From: Camelus dromedarius
Lineage: Eukaryota
Assembly (NCBI RefSeq): GCF_036321535.1
Contig: NC_087472.1
Location: 98,830,001-98,894,000 of the forward strand
Length of the DNA stretch: 64,000 nt
Reading direction: 5' to 3'
Positions within the stretch are counted from its first letter, which is position 1. Each line of letters begins with the position of its first letter. Positions 1 to 13,656 of this stretch are shown one piece after another. The notes under the pieces are model-generated. The model worked only from the letters and a program-made list of their open reading frames with translations. It ran no database searches and was not told the DNA's origin. The position numbers and the translations under genes are program-made.

Positions 1-879
1 AACAAAGTTTGACACATAAAAGGTACAGATAATAACTTTTATTACAGATATAGATAGTACACATACAGAGTCTGGATAATAATAATAAAATATTATTATC
101 CAGGTTTACTACTAATAAAGATATATACTTTATTGTTTTCTTAAAAGTGAAAAAAAGATGAAAATAATTTAATTCACCCAGTCATCTGGATCATTCAAGT
201 GAAAAACCTCTTTTTTCAAGGTATTTTCAGACCACAAGATAATCATCAGGGACACTAAAATCTTGGTGATTTACCAAGTCATCCTAAGAACACTCAGATT
301 TGTCTTAAAGGTTGATTTATAGACAGAGAGAATATGGTAACTTATAATCTGAGAGTTGATTTCATGTTGAGGCAATTTACTTTGAGGGAATCAGAACTGA
401 AGTGAGCCTAGACTCAAGCATCAGATACTTTAATAGCTCCTTTTCACTTCCCTCAGGTACATAGGGCATATTTTTAAAAGATCTCTGAAAAATAAACAAG
501 CAAAAATCCCGCCTCTGCCAGTCCCATGATTTGAAATCAGGCACAGCCATACCAGGATGCTCCCAATCTCTTTTCATTGTGGATGGCTGTGTACTGTGTA
601 ATAATTCAGTTCTGAATAGAACATATCATTTAGCTTTCATGGGAAATGAATTTTCTTCCTGGTTTGGAATAATATTAAGTTGTGTTTTTCCCATCTGTGC
701 CTATGAATACAGACCAATGAAGGATTCAGTGGAAAAGTTTTCAGAGATTTGATTCAAATAAATCTTCTTTATGTTGAGTACACATTTAAAGCTTATATAA
801 GACATAGTAAATTAGCATAATGGCCAATGTTGTGTGTCTCTAGTCCTTAAGGATGTGTATAGACAGACATACTGGATAT

Positions 880-1060
880 TTCCCCACAGGCATTTCATGA
901 ATATCTCTAAGTCAACATGTCTCAAACTGAACTTATTACCCCACCTCCCTGCAAGCAAACCTGTATTCCCTAATGCCACCACCATTCACCTAGTTAACTA
1001 ATCTAGATATTGGGAATTATTCCAAGATCCTTTCTTTCCCTCATTGATTATGCTGAGACT
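880..1060 (+). mobile_element. L2 LINE fragment
   Basis: Degenerate L2 motif (caacatgtctcaaactgaactt...accaccattcacctag). L2-like sequence resumes at ~1480-1950. Confidence 0.55.
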
Positions 1061-1064
1061 TCTA

Positions 1065-1469
1065 GATGTTTTCCAAAATCTATTTCTTTTTCTTCCCGGG
1101 CATGGAGCTAGACTACATTTCCCAGCCTCCAGTAAGATATGGCCATAGTACTAAGTACTAGTGAGTGGAATGTGTGTAGAAGTGTTATGAGCCATTTCCT
1201 GGCCAAAGCTTTTAAAATGAGGGTGTGCCCCTCTTCACACTCTCTCCCCTTTTGCTGACTATCATGGGGTTCTAAGGGATGTTGGAACCATAAGATGGAA
1301 GGAGACTGGATTCTTGGATCTTCAAGTGGAGGAAAGCCTCCAGCTGACAAGGAACATCTTTCTTGGAGAGTTACATGTGGAAGAAATAAACTTTTGTATT
1401 GTTTGAACCATTGTACATAATTGGGTCTTTTTTTTTTTTTACTGCAGCATAGCCTACTTAACTAATACA
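1065..1469 (+). mobile_element. MLT1-type (ERVL-MaLR) solo LTR
   Basis: ctagactacatttcccagcctcc at the start, AATAAA near the end, and the typical MLT1 terminus actaataca. Confidence 0.75.
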
Positions 1470-2939
1470 CTGCTATTCCTAAGTTATTCCGTTCTGTCTC
1501 GTAGCTAGCTCTCAAATTCTCCCATCATCTCCAGCCCAGCTGTCCTTTCTTTTATCTAGGTTCTCACTCTCCTTAGACTGAGACCCTACAATAGTCCTGA
1601 TTTAGTTTCCTGGCCTGCCTTTGGCTTTATGTCTCTCCAAAGCATTATCTCAAACTGTCAATAATTACCTTTCTATGATATTCAGTGGGAAAACATTGCT
1701 GGCTTGAAAACTGTTCAGTGATCCTCATCATCTATACTAAAAATTCTACACCCTTGGCTCAGCACTAAAGGCTCTTCATAGTCCCCTGCCTTCTCTTCTG
1801 GTTACACCTCTTGCCTCATTACCACCCTTTAACCTGGGATCTACCTTCACTGATCTGCTTCTGGTTCCAAGAAGATGCTCATGCTGCTCCTCCTCCCCAG
1901 AATGCCCTTCTTCCCTCTGCTGAGTCCTTTCGTCTGGAGGGGCAGTTCATAGACTATCTCACTGCTTCCACTCCCAAGGAGGAGGAATATTGCTGTTGCC
2001 ACTCAGGTATCTAATCGACCCCTAGTAGTTCTTTTTGAACTCTTCCAAACTGAAACTCCATTCACATAAAATGATGAGTGAATAATGAAAATTGTATCCA
2101 GGATCAAAGGAAACTTACGGGAGAGAGTTTCTTGCTCACAACACACTGCAGCAATTTAAATGTCTCCATTTGATGCTTTGATTCTTCCCCTAAATCTTTG
2201 TTCAGGCACTCTAACAGTCAGGGGCCTCATCTCCTTGATCTTTCCTCCAGGAAACTCCCAAACTTGTTCTTATTTAATGTGCAGCGACCCTCTCTCATTT
2301 TTGATGAAACTTGAGCAATCTGAGAATTATTTCTATGCCATGGTGAGCTTATCAAAGCCCTTTTTAATAAAACTGTTCTTTCCCTGCAAAAATGTTCTTA
2401 TACCACCTGCTAATAAAATAAAATATTTTCTCACATAATTCATATATGTTGTTCAGGTTCAAGGATGAACACTGTTGGGGCAAACATTCTTGTTTTTCCT
2501 TTTAGGAACATCAAGAACAGCCCCATCAAGTTTTCACTCTTTTTCTTCCAATACTACATCTACTTCTATGGCTTCTATTACTACCATCTCAGTATTAGCA
2601 ATTAATAATACTTAATGAACTATCATAGTGTGCTAGGCATTTTTCTAAGACATTTATATATTTATTGATTTTTTGGTCTTTCTTTAATCTAACATTTCTA
2701 TTTGGAGGGAACTGGACAATATAGTAAATTACACTGAAAACTCTCCTACAACATAATAGTTAGAAAATATAGATAAAATATTACAAACATTCTTAGAATC
2801 ATAGCTGAGCTTGAAAGTAAGTGAAGGAAACTGTTAGGCATCAAAAATGAAGGGGAAACAGAAAACCAGAGTATCCGTGGGCAGGCACTCTGAAGTATAT
2901 TGTATATAATTCTACAGGGTAACTGATGTAGTCTCCCAG

Positions 2940-3135
2940 AAATTTGCAGCAGGATTATGCTCCAGCCACCCACAGTGGCAATTTGCTCAATAATGTACTC
3001 TATTAGCTTTCTTCCCTTTCCTATCTCCCATCTCTCTTACTGGAGCTTCCTGGAATCACTTCTCAAATAAACTACTTATACTCAAATTCTCTACTCAGGC
3101 TCTGCTTCTGAGGGACTAGAACCCAAACTAAGACA
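2940..3135 (+). mobile_element. LTR16/LTR33-type (ERVL) LTR 3' portion
   Basis: caaataaactacttatactcaaat...ctctgcttctg...aacccaaactaagaca terminus. Confidence 0.7.
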
Positions 3136-3326
3136 GGTCTTGACTCACCTGTTCATTTTCAGTATATTGTGATATCTTGTACTTTAAATGTGCTCTGATT
3201 ATAATTGCTATTCTGTTAATCTAATCATAATCAAGGTGACAAATAGCTTAAAAGATTTCTGTGAAGAAAAACAACAAAAACAACAATTCAAGTACAAATG
3301 AATAAAAAGAAAATAGAAGTGCTCTT

Positions 3327-3342
3327 TAAGATGTGGTCTGTG

Positions 3343-3377
<35 letters not shown>

Positions 3378-3905
3378 GAATATTACTCAGCCATAAAAAT
3401 AATGAAAGAATGTCATTTTCAGCAACATCTATGAACCTAGAGATTATCATGTTAAGTGAAGTAAGTCAGACAGAGAAAGACAAATATGATGTCACTTATA
3501 TGTGGAACCTAAAAAAAAAAGATACAAATTTTATTTAAAAACAAGAAATACACTCACAGACTTAGAAAACAAATTGTGGTTACCAGGTGCGAAAGGTAGG
3601 GGAGGGATAGCTTAGGAGTTTGGGATTAATAGACTCACATTAGTATATATAAAATAAACACTAAGGACAAGGAAATTACATTCAATTTCTTGTAATGAGC
3701 TGTAATGGAAAAGAATATAGTTCCCTTGTATAGCACAGGGAACTATATTCAATTTCTTATAATGAGCTGTAATGGAAAAGAATCTAAAAAAATATATGGA
3801 TGTATATGTACAACTGAATCACCTTGCTATACACATGAAACTAACATTGTAAATTGACTACACGTCAATAAAAAATAAGAACTAAGAAAAAATACTAAAA
3901 AAAGT
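3327..3905 (+). mobile_element. L1 3' end with internal (CA)n
   Basis: tggaatattactcagccataaaa...gttaagtgaagtaagtcagacagagaaagacaaata...tgtatagcacagggaactatattcaat...aataaaaa and an A-rich tail. Confidence 0.9.
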
Positions 3906-4249
3906 ATTAAATGCAATGATAATTTAATCAGTTGCATCTGAAGTCCACCCATAAAATTATTTGATAGACTATTTGAAATACAGGCTTAGGTACATGCTCT
4001 CTGATGATGAAGCAAGACTTACCTATGTTATATGCCTTGAAATATTATCTAATAGTGGCTGGGAATGTACAGTATATATAAGGAGGTTCATAAGGGAAAG
4101 GGTGTTGGCAGCCAGCCTGCCTGTCTGCTACTTTGCTTCTGTACCCTGAAGTGAGGGCTGCCATTTAATGGTGTCCTACTCACAACTGAAGGTTGTTAGT
4201 TAGCTCTTTTATTCTGTGATTTTAGAGCACAATGAAAGGACAACCAAGG

Positions 4250-6850
4250 ATCAGCCTATATTTGAGAAAAGCCAACAGCACAAAAATGAATGAACAGAGC
4301 AAATAACCTACAGTGGAATCAGATAATTCAGAGAGGTTAAAAAAATTTTAATGAGTATCATCAGAGACATTTGAGAAAAGGTTGCACATACAAAATAAAA
4401 TTCATCTGCTAAGAAAAAAGAGTACAAATAAGAGCAACATAGAAGTTCAAAATATTATTGCTAAAATTATAAAATGAATAAGAAGACTGAAATAAAATAA
4501 CCAAAGAAATCTTTTGTAACAGAGGAGAAAGATGAAGAAAGTAAAAATATGAGAAAAAAGGAAAAGATTAAGAAAAATGATCCATGCTAAATTCCCAGAA
4601 ATAAGACAGAAGTAATGAAGGGATAAAATTATGGAAGAAATTATACAATATTTCTAAAAGCTGAAGAAAAATTTTAATGTTCAGATTGAAAGAACCCCCT
4701 CTAATGTCCAGCAAGATAAATTAGACATATTCAGAATGTCAAAGATAAAGGAAAGAACATAAAATATTTTAGAGAGGAAAAAGCATGTTAGCTACAAAAG
4801 AATCACAATAAAATTGTATCAGTCAATTATTAGGAAGCAATACAGCAATGCCTTCAGATTTCCAATGGAAAATTATTATTATTATTTTAGCATTAAAAAT
4901 TTTTTTAATTGTGGTAAAAAGGACATAACTTAAAATTTACCACCATAACCATTTTTAAGTGTGTGGTTCAGTGATGTTAAATACATTCACATTGTTGTTG
5001 AACCAAATTCAGGAAATTTTTCATCTTGAAAAACTGAAACTCTTTACCCATTAAACAATAACTTCCCATTTCCTGCTACCCCCAGCTCCTGGCAAATACC
5101 ATCCTAGTTTCTGTCTCTATGAATTGAACTACCCTAGGCACTTCATATATGAGAAATCACACAATATTCATCTTTTTATGACTGGATTATTTCACATAAT
5201 ATAATGTCCTTACATTTCATCCATGTTGAAGTATGTGTCAGAATTGTCTCCCTTTTTAAGGGTGAATAATATTCCATTGTATGTCATACTACATTTTGTT
5301 TATCCATTTGTCCATTGACGAACAGGTGGGTTGCTTTCACCTTTTGACTATTGTGAATAAAGCTGCTGTGAACATGGGTGTACAGATATCTTTTTGAGAC
5401 CTTACTTTCAATTTTTTTAGATATATATTCAGAAGTGGAATTGCTAGATCATATGGTAGTTCTATCTTTAACTTTGTGAAGAACCACCATATTGTTTTCC
5501 ATGGTGGCTGCACCATTTTATTACATTCCTGCCAATAGTATACAAAGAGTCCAATTTATCTACATCCTCATCAACACTTGTTATTTTCTTTCTTTTTAAT
5601 ACAGCAGCCATTCTGATAGGTACGTTGTGATATCTCATTGTGATTTTGATTTGCATTTCCCTAGTGACCAGTGGTATTAAATATCTTTTCATATGCTTAT
5701 TGGTCATTTGTGTATCTTCTTTGGAGAAATGTCTATTCAAGTCCTTTGCTCATCTTTTAATTGAGTTATTTTGTTGCGGTTGTTGAGTTATAGGAGCTCT
5801 TTGTATATTCTGGATAACTCCCTATCAGATAATGATTTGAAAATATTTTCTCCCATTCTGTAGATTGCCTTTACACTTTGCTGATTGTGTCCTTTGATGC
5901 ACAGAAGTCTTAAATTTTCACATAGTTCTAGAAAATTGTTTTTAACCTAGAATTCTGTATACACCTAGAATATCAATCCTTTATGAAGGCAGAATAGATA
6001 TTTTCAGATTTGCAAAGACTCAGATAATTTTCCAGTCTGGAAATACTTATTTGAGTTTATTTTGAAGTAACATGAAGTTGGGAAGAAGAGGCTTCTAAGG
6101 AGCAATAGAATAATATAGGGTTATACTAAAAAGAAACTCCAAGGATGCAGCAGGATGCTGCAGACCCAGAAAGTATTAGTATGGTTAAGAAATTGTATGA
6201 TCTTAGTGACACGATGATAAAGGTACATATTTCCTGGTTATTAAGATAAAAGAATGTCTCCAGAAAAAAATATGTACAAGAAAGTCAACTCAAATATGGA
6301 GCAAACTAATGCATGATTTGATTTTAAGCAACTGATACAGTCAGTGCAAGAGAACCAATTCAATCTTGACAGTTGGAGCAGTGGCACAGGTTCTTAGTAC
6401 CAAAGGTTTTGTGACATATATTTAAATGTCTTTATTGTACAGTCATGCACCTTGATTTACAAGGAAATAAGATTTACATTAATCATAAGAGTATAGATAT
6501 GTTCATTAGCTTTTGGTTGCAAAATCTTTCACAGTAAATTTGATTATGGTAAAGGTAAAGCTGACAGAGGGCTGGGAGGTGGAGGAAAATGAAAAATAGC
6601 CAAGAGTAGCAGAGGTTAAATTTCTTATCCTATATAGTGAAAGTCAATATATACCATGTAAAGTATCAATAAGTGAAGGTTTAATTGCATTATAAAATTA
6701 TAGTGGCAATCAGTAGAGAAATTAAAACTAAAAATATCATCACAAAAAATTGAAAAGGAGAGAGGATTGTGTGCTAAAATTTCTCATTTTCATTATCGGA
6801 AAGTTCCTGCTAATAAGTAGATTGACTAAAATATAGAGATAAAAATGTAT
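4250..6850 (+). mobile_element. Old, highly degenerate L1/HAL1-like (ORF1-region) element interrupted by a younger L1
   Basis: A-rich sequence with ORF1-like motifs (ttcagattgaaagaacc, gccttcagatt). It continues after 5930 (aacctagaattctgtatac). Confidence 0.5.
4880..5928 (-). mobile_element. L1 (L1MA/L1MB-type) 3' ~1 kb
   Basis: ORF 5468..5740 gives degenerate L1 ORF2 C-terminal peptide ([19 protein letters not shown]..). 3'UTR is typical. Probable TSD gaaaattat/gaaaattgt. Confidence 0.9.
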
Positions 6851-6859
6851 ACTTTATAA

Positions 6860-7045
6860 CAGTATTTTTCAAAGTTAGTCCCATAAACTACCTGAATCAA
6901 AACTACTCACAGTAGTTTTTAAAAATTCAGATTCCTTGGCTATACTCCAGATGTTTTTGGAGTGATGTCCAGTTATCTGCTTTTGAAGCAAGCAGCAAGC
7001 TTTACAGGTAACTGTTGTGTACACAGAAATTTAAGAACCACTAAT
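6860..7045. mobile_element. MER5-type hAT-Charlie fragment
   Basis: cagtatttttcaaag...aaattcagattccttggc...tttaagaaccact. Confidence 0.55.
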
Positions 7046-7859
7046 TTAGAGTAATGGAAGTAACCACCAGAAAAATTAAACATAAAAACTGCCTGTTACA
7101 ATTGGGTATTAGGATTAGGAGGTGAGAAGGAGAAATATTTTAAGCTTTCCTTTTATTCTGTATGGCTTGAATTTTTATTCCCATATGTTAATATTATATT
7201 TATAACTTTAAAAAGTGTGGCAGAGTAGGGGTTGCCAGTGTCTTTACTGAACCCCTTCATCTCATTCCCAGATTATTAGAAGGCATGGGAACCACTTGAG
7301 GGAGACCCAGTGTATGTTCTTCAGCCCTGACTGAGTCATCTTTGGAATCTGGATGCTCCCTACTATTAATGATAATAATATTTGTAACCCCTTAGTTATC
7401 TCTTAGTTATGTATGTAATGTCTGGGATGGCATGCATACACAGTTTATTGCTAAAAATAAAAAATAGAAGTGGGAGAAGGAGAAGGAAAGTTATAAAATT
7501 ATCTTCAATATATACTGATTGTAATTTTGTACTGATCCCATGAAGTCCTAAGAGTCCACACAAAGTTACCCTTATTTCTATGGCCTCTGCCCCTTTTCTC
7601 CTACCTCAAGTCCCCCGAGTCCCCTCAATTTCTCCTGCCTTCCTGCCCTGTCACCATGTTTTATGTTCTATCCGCAAGGGTAACTCCAGATTCATCCTGA
7701 CCTGTGTATCTCTAGAGAACTTTAATTTCTTTCTGTTCTTTTTTCTAATATTGACCTTATCTTCTAATTTCTGTGTCTTACCTCACTAATACACTTTCTA
7801 CCTCTTTACTCCATTTTACTAAAGTTTCCATCCCATCCAACACTTTAGCCATAAGAGGT

Positions 7860-8110
7860 GCGTTGTATTGTGTTGATTCTAAGCCAAGAGCTGTTCCAAA
7901 AGCTTTACAAGCATTATTGCCCTTAATCCTCACATCAGCCTTATGAAGTAAAGGTATTAGTTTCATCTTATAGATGAGATAAGTGGGTCTTAGAGAGGTT
8001 TAGTGACTTACACAAAACTACACAGTGAGAAAGTGGCAGACGGCTGATTGAAATTCAAGTCTGTCAACAGAGCCCAAGTTCTTAAGTTGAACAACATTAT
8101 GCCTCCTTAA
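7860..8110 (-). mobile_element. MIR SINE
   Basis: ttaatcctcaca...ttatagatgag...agagaggtttagtgactta core. Confidence 0.75.
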
Positions 8111-8310
8111 TTAGTCCCTATCAGGCTGCCATACTTGTCATAATCCCCATATCTTCCATCCCAACTCAGATTTTATCTCATAGAGATGTACGTGGGTTAC
8201 AACATGAAAGCATTAGATTTCCTTTATTAGAGTGAAAGATTGGGATTTGTTCATTTTCCCCTTGCCCCAAATGGAGTTGTAGGAACATAGTTCAGCAAGT
8301 GCTTTGGATT

Positions 8311-8423
8311 TCTTTTTTTCGTATTGTTTTGTATATATATATTTTAACTGGAGGTACTGGAGATTGAACCCATGATCTCATGCATGCTAAGCATGCTCTG
8401 TACCACTGAGCTATACCCTCCCC
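8311..8423 (-). mobile_element. tRNA-Ala-derived SINE (camelid vic-1-like)
   Basis: Reverse complement reads ggggagggtatagctcagtggtacagagcatgcttagcatgcatgagatcatgggttcaatctccagtacctcca, followed by an AT-rich tail. Confidence 0.85.
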
Positions 8424-8449
8424 TCTCCAAACTTCAAGGGATATAGGTC

Positions 8450-8700
8450 TGGTGAGGTAGTTCGAGCAGGATTTTTGGATTCAAACAGACTTGAATTTAA
8501 ATCCCAGTTTCACTACTTAGTAGCTCTGTGACCCTACACAAGTTGTACGAACTACCTAAGCTCCTTGCACCTCGTGGAAAAATGAGACAGTACTGTTATG
8601 TTTAACTTAAGAAATGATTGTGAGGTAAAGTCGTGTAAAGCTCCTTGCATGATGCTTGCCAAATGGTAGTTGTTGCTCTTGTTAGAATTATTGTTATCAT
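8450..8700 (+). mobile_element. MIR SINE
   Basis: acagacttgaatttaaatcccagtttcactacttagtagctctgtgacc core. Confidence 0.75.
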
Positions 8701-8743
8701 CATCATCATCATCACAGTTAGCATTGCTAATTCAGCAGCAACT

Positions 8744-9568
8744 ATCTTTTTTCTTTTTTTTAACAGCTGTTTTGAGATATAATTCACACACCATACAATT
8801 CACCCATTCAATGATCTTTGGTATATTACATTATCAATGTTTTTAAACTATAATAAAAATATGTGTAACATAAATTTACATTTTTGTCATGTCTAAGTGT
8901 ACAAAATTCAATAGTATTAACTATTAACAATGTTGTGCCACCTTTGCCACTATTTCCAAAACTTTCATCACTTCAAACAGAAGCTCTGAAATCATTCAGC
9001 AATTAACTCTCTGTTCTCCCTTTTCCCCATCCCATGTTAACTTTAATTTACTCTCTGCCTCTATGAATTTGCCTATTCTAGGTACCTCATTTACATGGAA
9101 TCATACAGTATTTTCTTTTTGTGTCTGTCTTATTTCACTTAGCATAGTATTTTCAAGGTTCATCCATCCTGTAGCATGTATCAGTACTTCATTCCTTTTA
9201 AAGGCTGAATAAGATTCCCTTGTGTGGATACATTGCATTTTGTTTATCCATTCATCTGTTGATGGACAGGTTGTTTGACCTTTTGGCTATTGATGGTAAT
9301 GCTGCAATGAACATTATCATTTAAGTATCTCTTTAAGTCCCTGCTTTCAGTTCCTTTTGGTATATACCTAGGAGTATAATTACTGGGTCATCTGGCAATT
9401 CTATATTTAGCTTTTTGAGGAACCACCAAATTGTTTTCCATAGCATCTGCACCATTTTACATTTCCACCAGCAATGTACAAGGGTTCCAGTTTCTCCACT
9501 TCTTCTCATACAATTGTTATTTTATATTTTTGAAAATTATAGCCACCATCATCATAGGTGTGAAGTGG
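8744..9568 (-). mobile_element. L1MB-type 3' end, 5'-truncated
   Basis: L1 3'UTR and ORF2-end motifs. TSD ttcagcagcaact at 8731-8743 and 9569-9581. Confidence 0.9.
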
Positions 9569-10401
9569 TTCAGCAGCAACTTTCTAATCCAGGATTCCTC
9601 ATGAATGTGAGATGTGACTAAGACCCTAGACAATGGAGATGAACCACACTTTTTGGATACTGTGCTAAATCCTTAGCTCTAAGGCTGTTGGTGGAATTTT
9701 ACCATAATCCCTAGAAAAAAAAAAAAAGACAGTTTTCCTGTGTCTGTAAGATTCTTGGAGAATAATTTTGTTGCCAAGAAGTTGCCTTAATTTGCAAGGT
9801 TTTGAGTAGGCTACATGTATTTGGAGGCAAATAATCACAGTGGACAATTAAACAAGTGTACAGATCAGGTCCAGTATTGTAACACAATAAGCAATCACAA
9901 TTTTTTTAAAAATTGACTTAAGACATTAGCTAGAGGTTTGTGGAATTGACAACTAAAACATGATTCCTGTAGAGACAAGCTAATTGTAATAGTGGCTGGA
10001 AGAATACCTGAAGCAATATCAAAATGATCTCCACTACATATTTAATAGGGTTTCAAATTCTAGCAAAAAAATTTAAACTAGATTTGTGTGATATCAGGTG
10101 GAACACAAGCTTTCTCTGATTTTCTTTTCCCTCTAGATATTCTCTGTAATGCTGAGAGTACATGCCACTCTGGGTGGATATATTGGGCTGACTTCATGTC
10201 AAATCAATGTTTATCTGCCCTTTGGCACAGAGAAAGTGGAAAAGAGTAATTCAGGGTGTACTTGAGCTGAAACAAAGGATAGTCACTATGGCCATGAAAG
10301 TTGTGACATTTTCTTGTCTGCCAATATCGCATGAACTGAGGACACTCTTCCCTGGTGATTTCTGGCAGCATTGGCAAAATATGTGCTTCTGTGAAGTTAA
10401 G

Positions 10402-10474
10402 TTTTTTTTTAATGGACTTACTGGGGATTGAATGCAAGACCTCATGCATGCTGAGCATGTGCTCTACCCACCCT
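10402..10474 (-). mobile_element. vic-1-like SINE with internal deletion
   Basis: ctggggattgaatgcaagacctcatgcatgctgagcatgtgctctacc. Part of the A-box is missing. A T-run forms the tail. Confidence 0.75.
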
Positions 10475-10699
10475 AGTTTTTTTGTTTTTGTTTTTTGCTG
10501 CTATTAAACAGACATACATTAAAAAAAAAAAAAAGAACACACACACACACACACATAGCTAATCTTTGAAATACCATGTAAAGCCTTGTGATTGAACCTA
10601 TCTGATTCAATAAATGGAAGTGTTACATAGAATTTGCACAGAGCTAGTATCTTTATTTGGCAGGTGGTACAGGCTAGTTTTTTTTTTTTTTTTTTTGAG

Positions 10700-10960
10700 C
10701 ACCAGCTTAGAACTTAGAGAAACCTGGCTTTACCACTTAGCTGTATGTTTCTGACCATGGCTATGGATTTCTTTGAGTCTCAGTTTTCTCATCTGCAATA
10801 AAAAGATCATGACATCCACCTCATAATATGATTGTGAACATTTTATGAGTAAGCATCTGTAATGTGCTTAGTATTTTGCCTCAGAGATCCTCTAAGTGCT
10901 CAATAATAATAACTGATATTTATGAAATCTTAGTATAACGGCTCAATAAACAGTACCTAT
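10700..10960 (+). mobile_element. MIR SINE
   Basis: tctttgagtctcagttttctcatctgcaataaaa core. Confidence 0.7.
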
Positions 10961-12039
10961 TGTCATAATTTTATATGTGTGGAAAATACTTGTCACATAT
11001 TTTGTTAGTGGATACACATTGTGATATTATTTTATGTAAGTATAAAATAATAATAAATATAATGATAATAAAGTCATGTCAACCTCAGAGTAATAATTTA
11101 TTACTCGGGGAGACTGGAGAGGAAGAAATGGTTCACTCCAATATGTCGACGAGCCACTCAAAGACGGAATGAACCAACTCTGGAATCCAGACATTCTCTG
11201 GAATGCTTTTAAGTATAGGCAATGACCAGTTGGTGGGAACATTGTGGAAGATACTTAAACATAAATGACCTCCTAGTTATCTTCCAACTCTGAGAGTCAA
11301 TACTTTATTCTCATTTCCACTAATCCCTTGATATCAACAATGGCTTCCCCATCATTCATAAACAGAACAGAAGGTTCAGAAAACTTTACCCCCCAAACCT
11401 TCCTTTAGAATAGCTGCAGAAAGAACTAGACTCAATTTTGTTCTAATTGGTGGAGAATAGACTCCCTTGGGTTCCTTGAATGTCAGGTATAACTTGATCT
11501 GTTCCCCTTGTATTGAAAATGGGCTATGTTTACTTCCTTTTCTAAGCTGAGGTTTCTCAACCCTCAATAGGTGGATGAGATATGGTTCTACTGCTAAGGA
11601 AATGAAGCAAAAACACCCACACAATAATCGTTCCTCTCTTTCTATCCTGGCTGAAATAAGCCAAAAGACAAACAGCAAAATATCAAGCTGAAAATCTTTC
11701 AGGGAGAAGCAACCTTGGGGGCTGTGGAATCCTTCCTTATTTTACCACAGACAGAATGGCTGATGTAATAATAATTTGCAGTTAGATCAAGAAGTGAAGA
11801 GATGCATCAAAATATTAACACAAAGCTAATTAACTTTTAGGAGCTTTATGGTTTCAGAGGAAGGTATAATTTTCATTTTCATCATAAGCAAAAAATTAAT
11901 TATTGTATTGGCTAACTTATCCCAATTTCTTTTTAGGCCCCTTATCAGAACAATTGTCTTTAGAACACCTTAGTTTCTGTTTATTGAATTCTTTTCTTTT
12001 ATCCAAAAGGAAAGATGTAGCTCTGATCCTCAGGACCTC

Positions 12040-12480
12040 ACAGAAGTAGTCTAGTGCTTAGGAATCAAGACATTGTAGGCATACAATTTAGGTTTTAATC
12101 TTGAAATGCCATATATATATATGTATATATATGTATAACCTTGCATAATGTCCTTTACTTCTCTGAGCTTCAGTTTTCTTATCTTCAACATGTCGATAAT
12201 AATACCTACTTAATAGGGTTGCTGTAAGGATTAAGGGAGATAGTGTATGTAAAGATGAGATAGGATATGAAATCTAGCATGTGCAGCCTTTAGTTACTGC
12301 TTCATCTCTTAGTGGGCAAATTACTCCACCTCCTCTGCCTCAGTATCCTCATCTATAAATTGGTGATAATAATTGTACTAGCTACACAAGGTTATTATAA
12401 ATTAATTATGTATAGTACTTAAAACAGTGCCTCAAACATAGTATGTGCTCAATAAGTGCTGGCTATTATTACTATTGTTA
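12040..12480 (+). mobile_element. Two adjacent MIR SINEs
   Basis: Two MIR cores: ctctgagcttcagttttcttatc (~12160) and ctctgcctcagtatcctcatctataaa (~12335). Confidence 0.7.
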
Positions 12481-12824
12481 CTATGATTATCATTACCACT
12501 ACTACTGGAGTTTTTGAGAAATAAATCGTCCAAAATGATCAAGAAGTAGGTCTTGAAGTTGTTCTTGAAAGATGGGAAAATTTTAATTTAGGTGGAAAAG
12601 AGAAGGTGATGAGAGAAAAATGAGTAAAAACCCATAGATGGATAGAGCTGTTCTTGGAAGTAGCTGGATTAGAGAAGTCAGGATGCCTTGGTGGGAAGCA
12701 ATACTAGGTCATTAATTTTAGACTTGATTCTAGAGGGTTAATTATCAGATGCTGACTCAGTTCTGGTTTTACATGTCCTTTCTGTATAAGTGTCCACCAT
12801 CCCTAACTGAATTCAACAGAGTCT

Positions 12825-13656
12825 ATTTTATTTTATTTTATTTTATTTTATTTTATTTTATTTTATTTTATTTTATTTTATTGAGTTATAATTAGTTTAC
12901 AATGTTGTGTCAATTTCCAGTGTAGAACACAATTTTTCAGTTATACAGGAACATACCTGTATTCATTGTCACATACTTTTTCACTGTGAGCTACCACAAG
13001 ATCTTGTATACATTTCCCTGTGCTATACAGTATAATCTTGTTTATCTATTCTATATATACCTGTCAGTATCTACAAATTTCGAACTCCCAGTCTCTCCCT
13101 TCCCAATCCCCTCACCCTTTGCAACCACAAGTTTGTATTCTGTGTTTATGAGTCTGTTTCTGTTTTGTATTTATGATCAATTGTCTTTTTCTTTTCTTTC
13201 CTTTTTTTTTTTCAGATTCCACATAAGAGCAATTTCATATGGTATTTTTCTTTCTCTTTCTGGCTTACTTCACTTAGAATGACATTCTCCAGGGACATCC
13301 ATGTTGCTGCAAATGGTGTTATGTTGTCATTTTTATGGCTGAATAGTATTCCATTGTATAAATATACTACATCTTCTTTATCCAGTCATCTGTTGTTGGA
13401 CATTTAGGCTTTTCCCATGTCTTGGCTATTGTCAATAGTGCTGCTATGAACATTGGGGTGCAGGTGTTTTTTTGAAGTAGGGTTCCTTCTGGATATATGC
13501 CCAGGAGCAGGATTCATGGGTCCTATGGTAAGTCTATTCCTAGTCTTTTGAGGAATCTCCATACTGTTTTCCACAGTGGGTGCACCAACCTGCATTCCCA
13601 CCAGCAGTGTAGGAGGGTTCCCTTTTCTCCACAACCTCTCCAGCATTTGTCATTTG
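12825..13656 (-). mobile_element. Young lineage-specific L1 3' end with (TTTTA)n tail
   Basis: ORF 13404..13646 ([18 protein letters not shown]..) is typical L1 3' sequence. The poly(A) tail has expanded into (TTTTA)n at 12825-12882. Confidence 0.92.

Noticed and set aside
8744..8900. Apparent two stacked L1 3' ends
   Set aside because: One TSD brackets the whole element, so this is most simply a single insertion with a compound 3'UTR.
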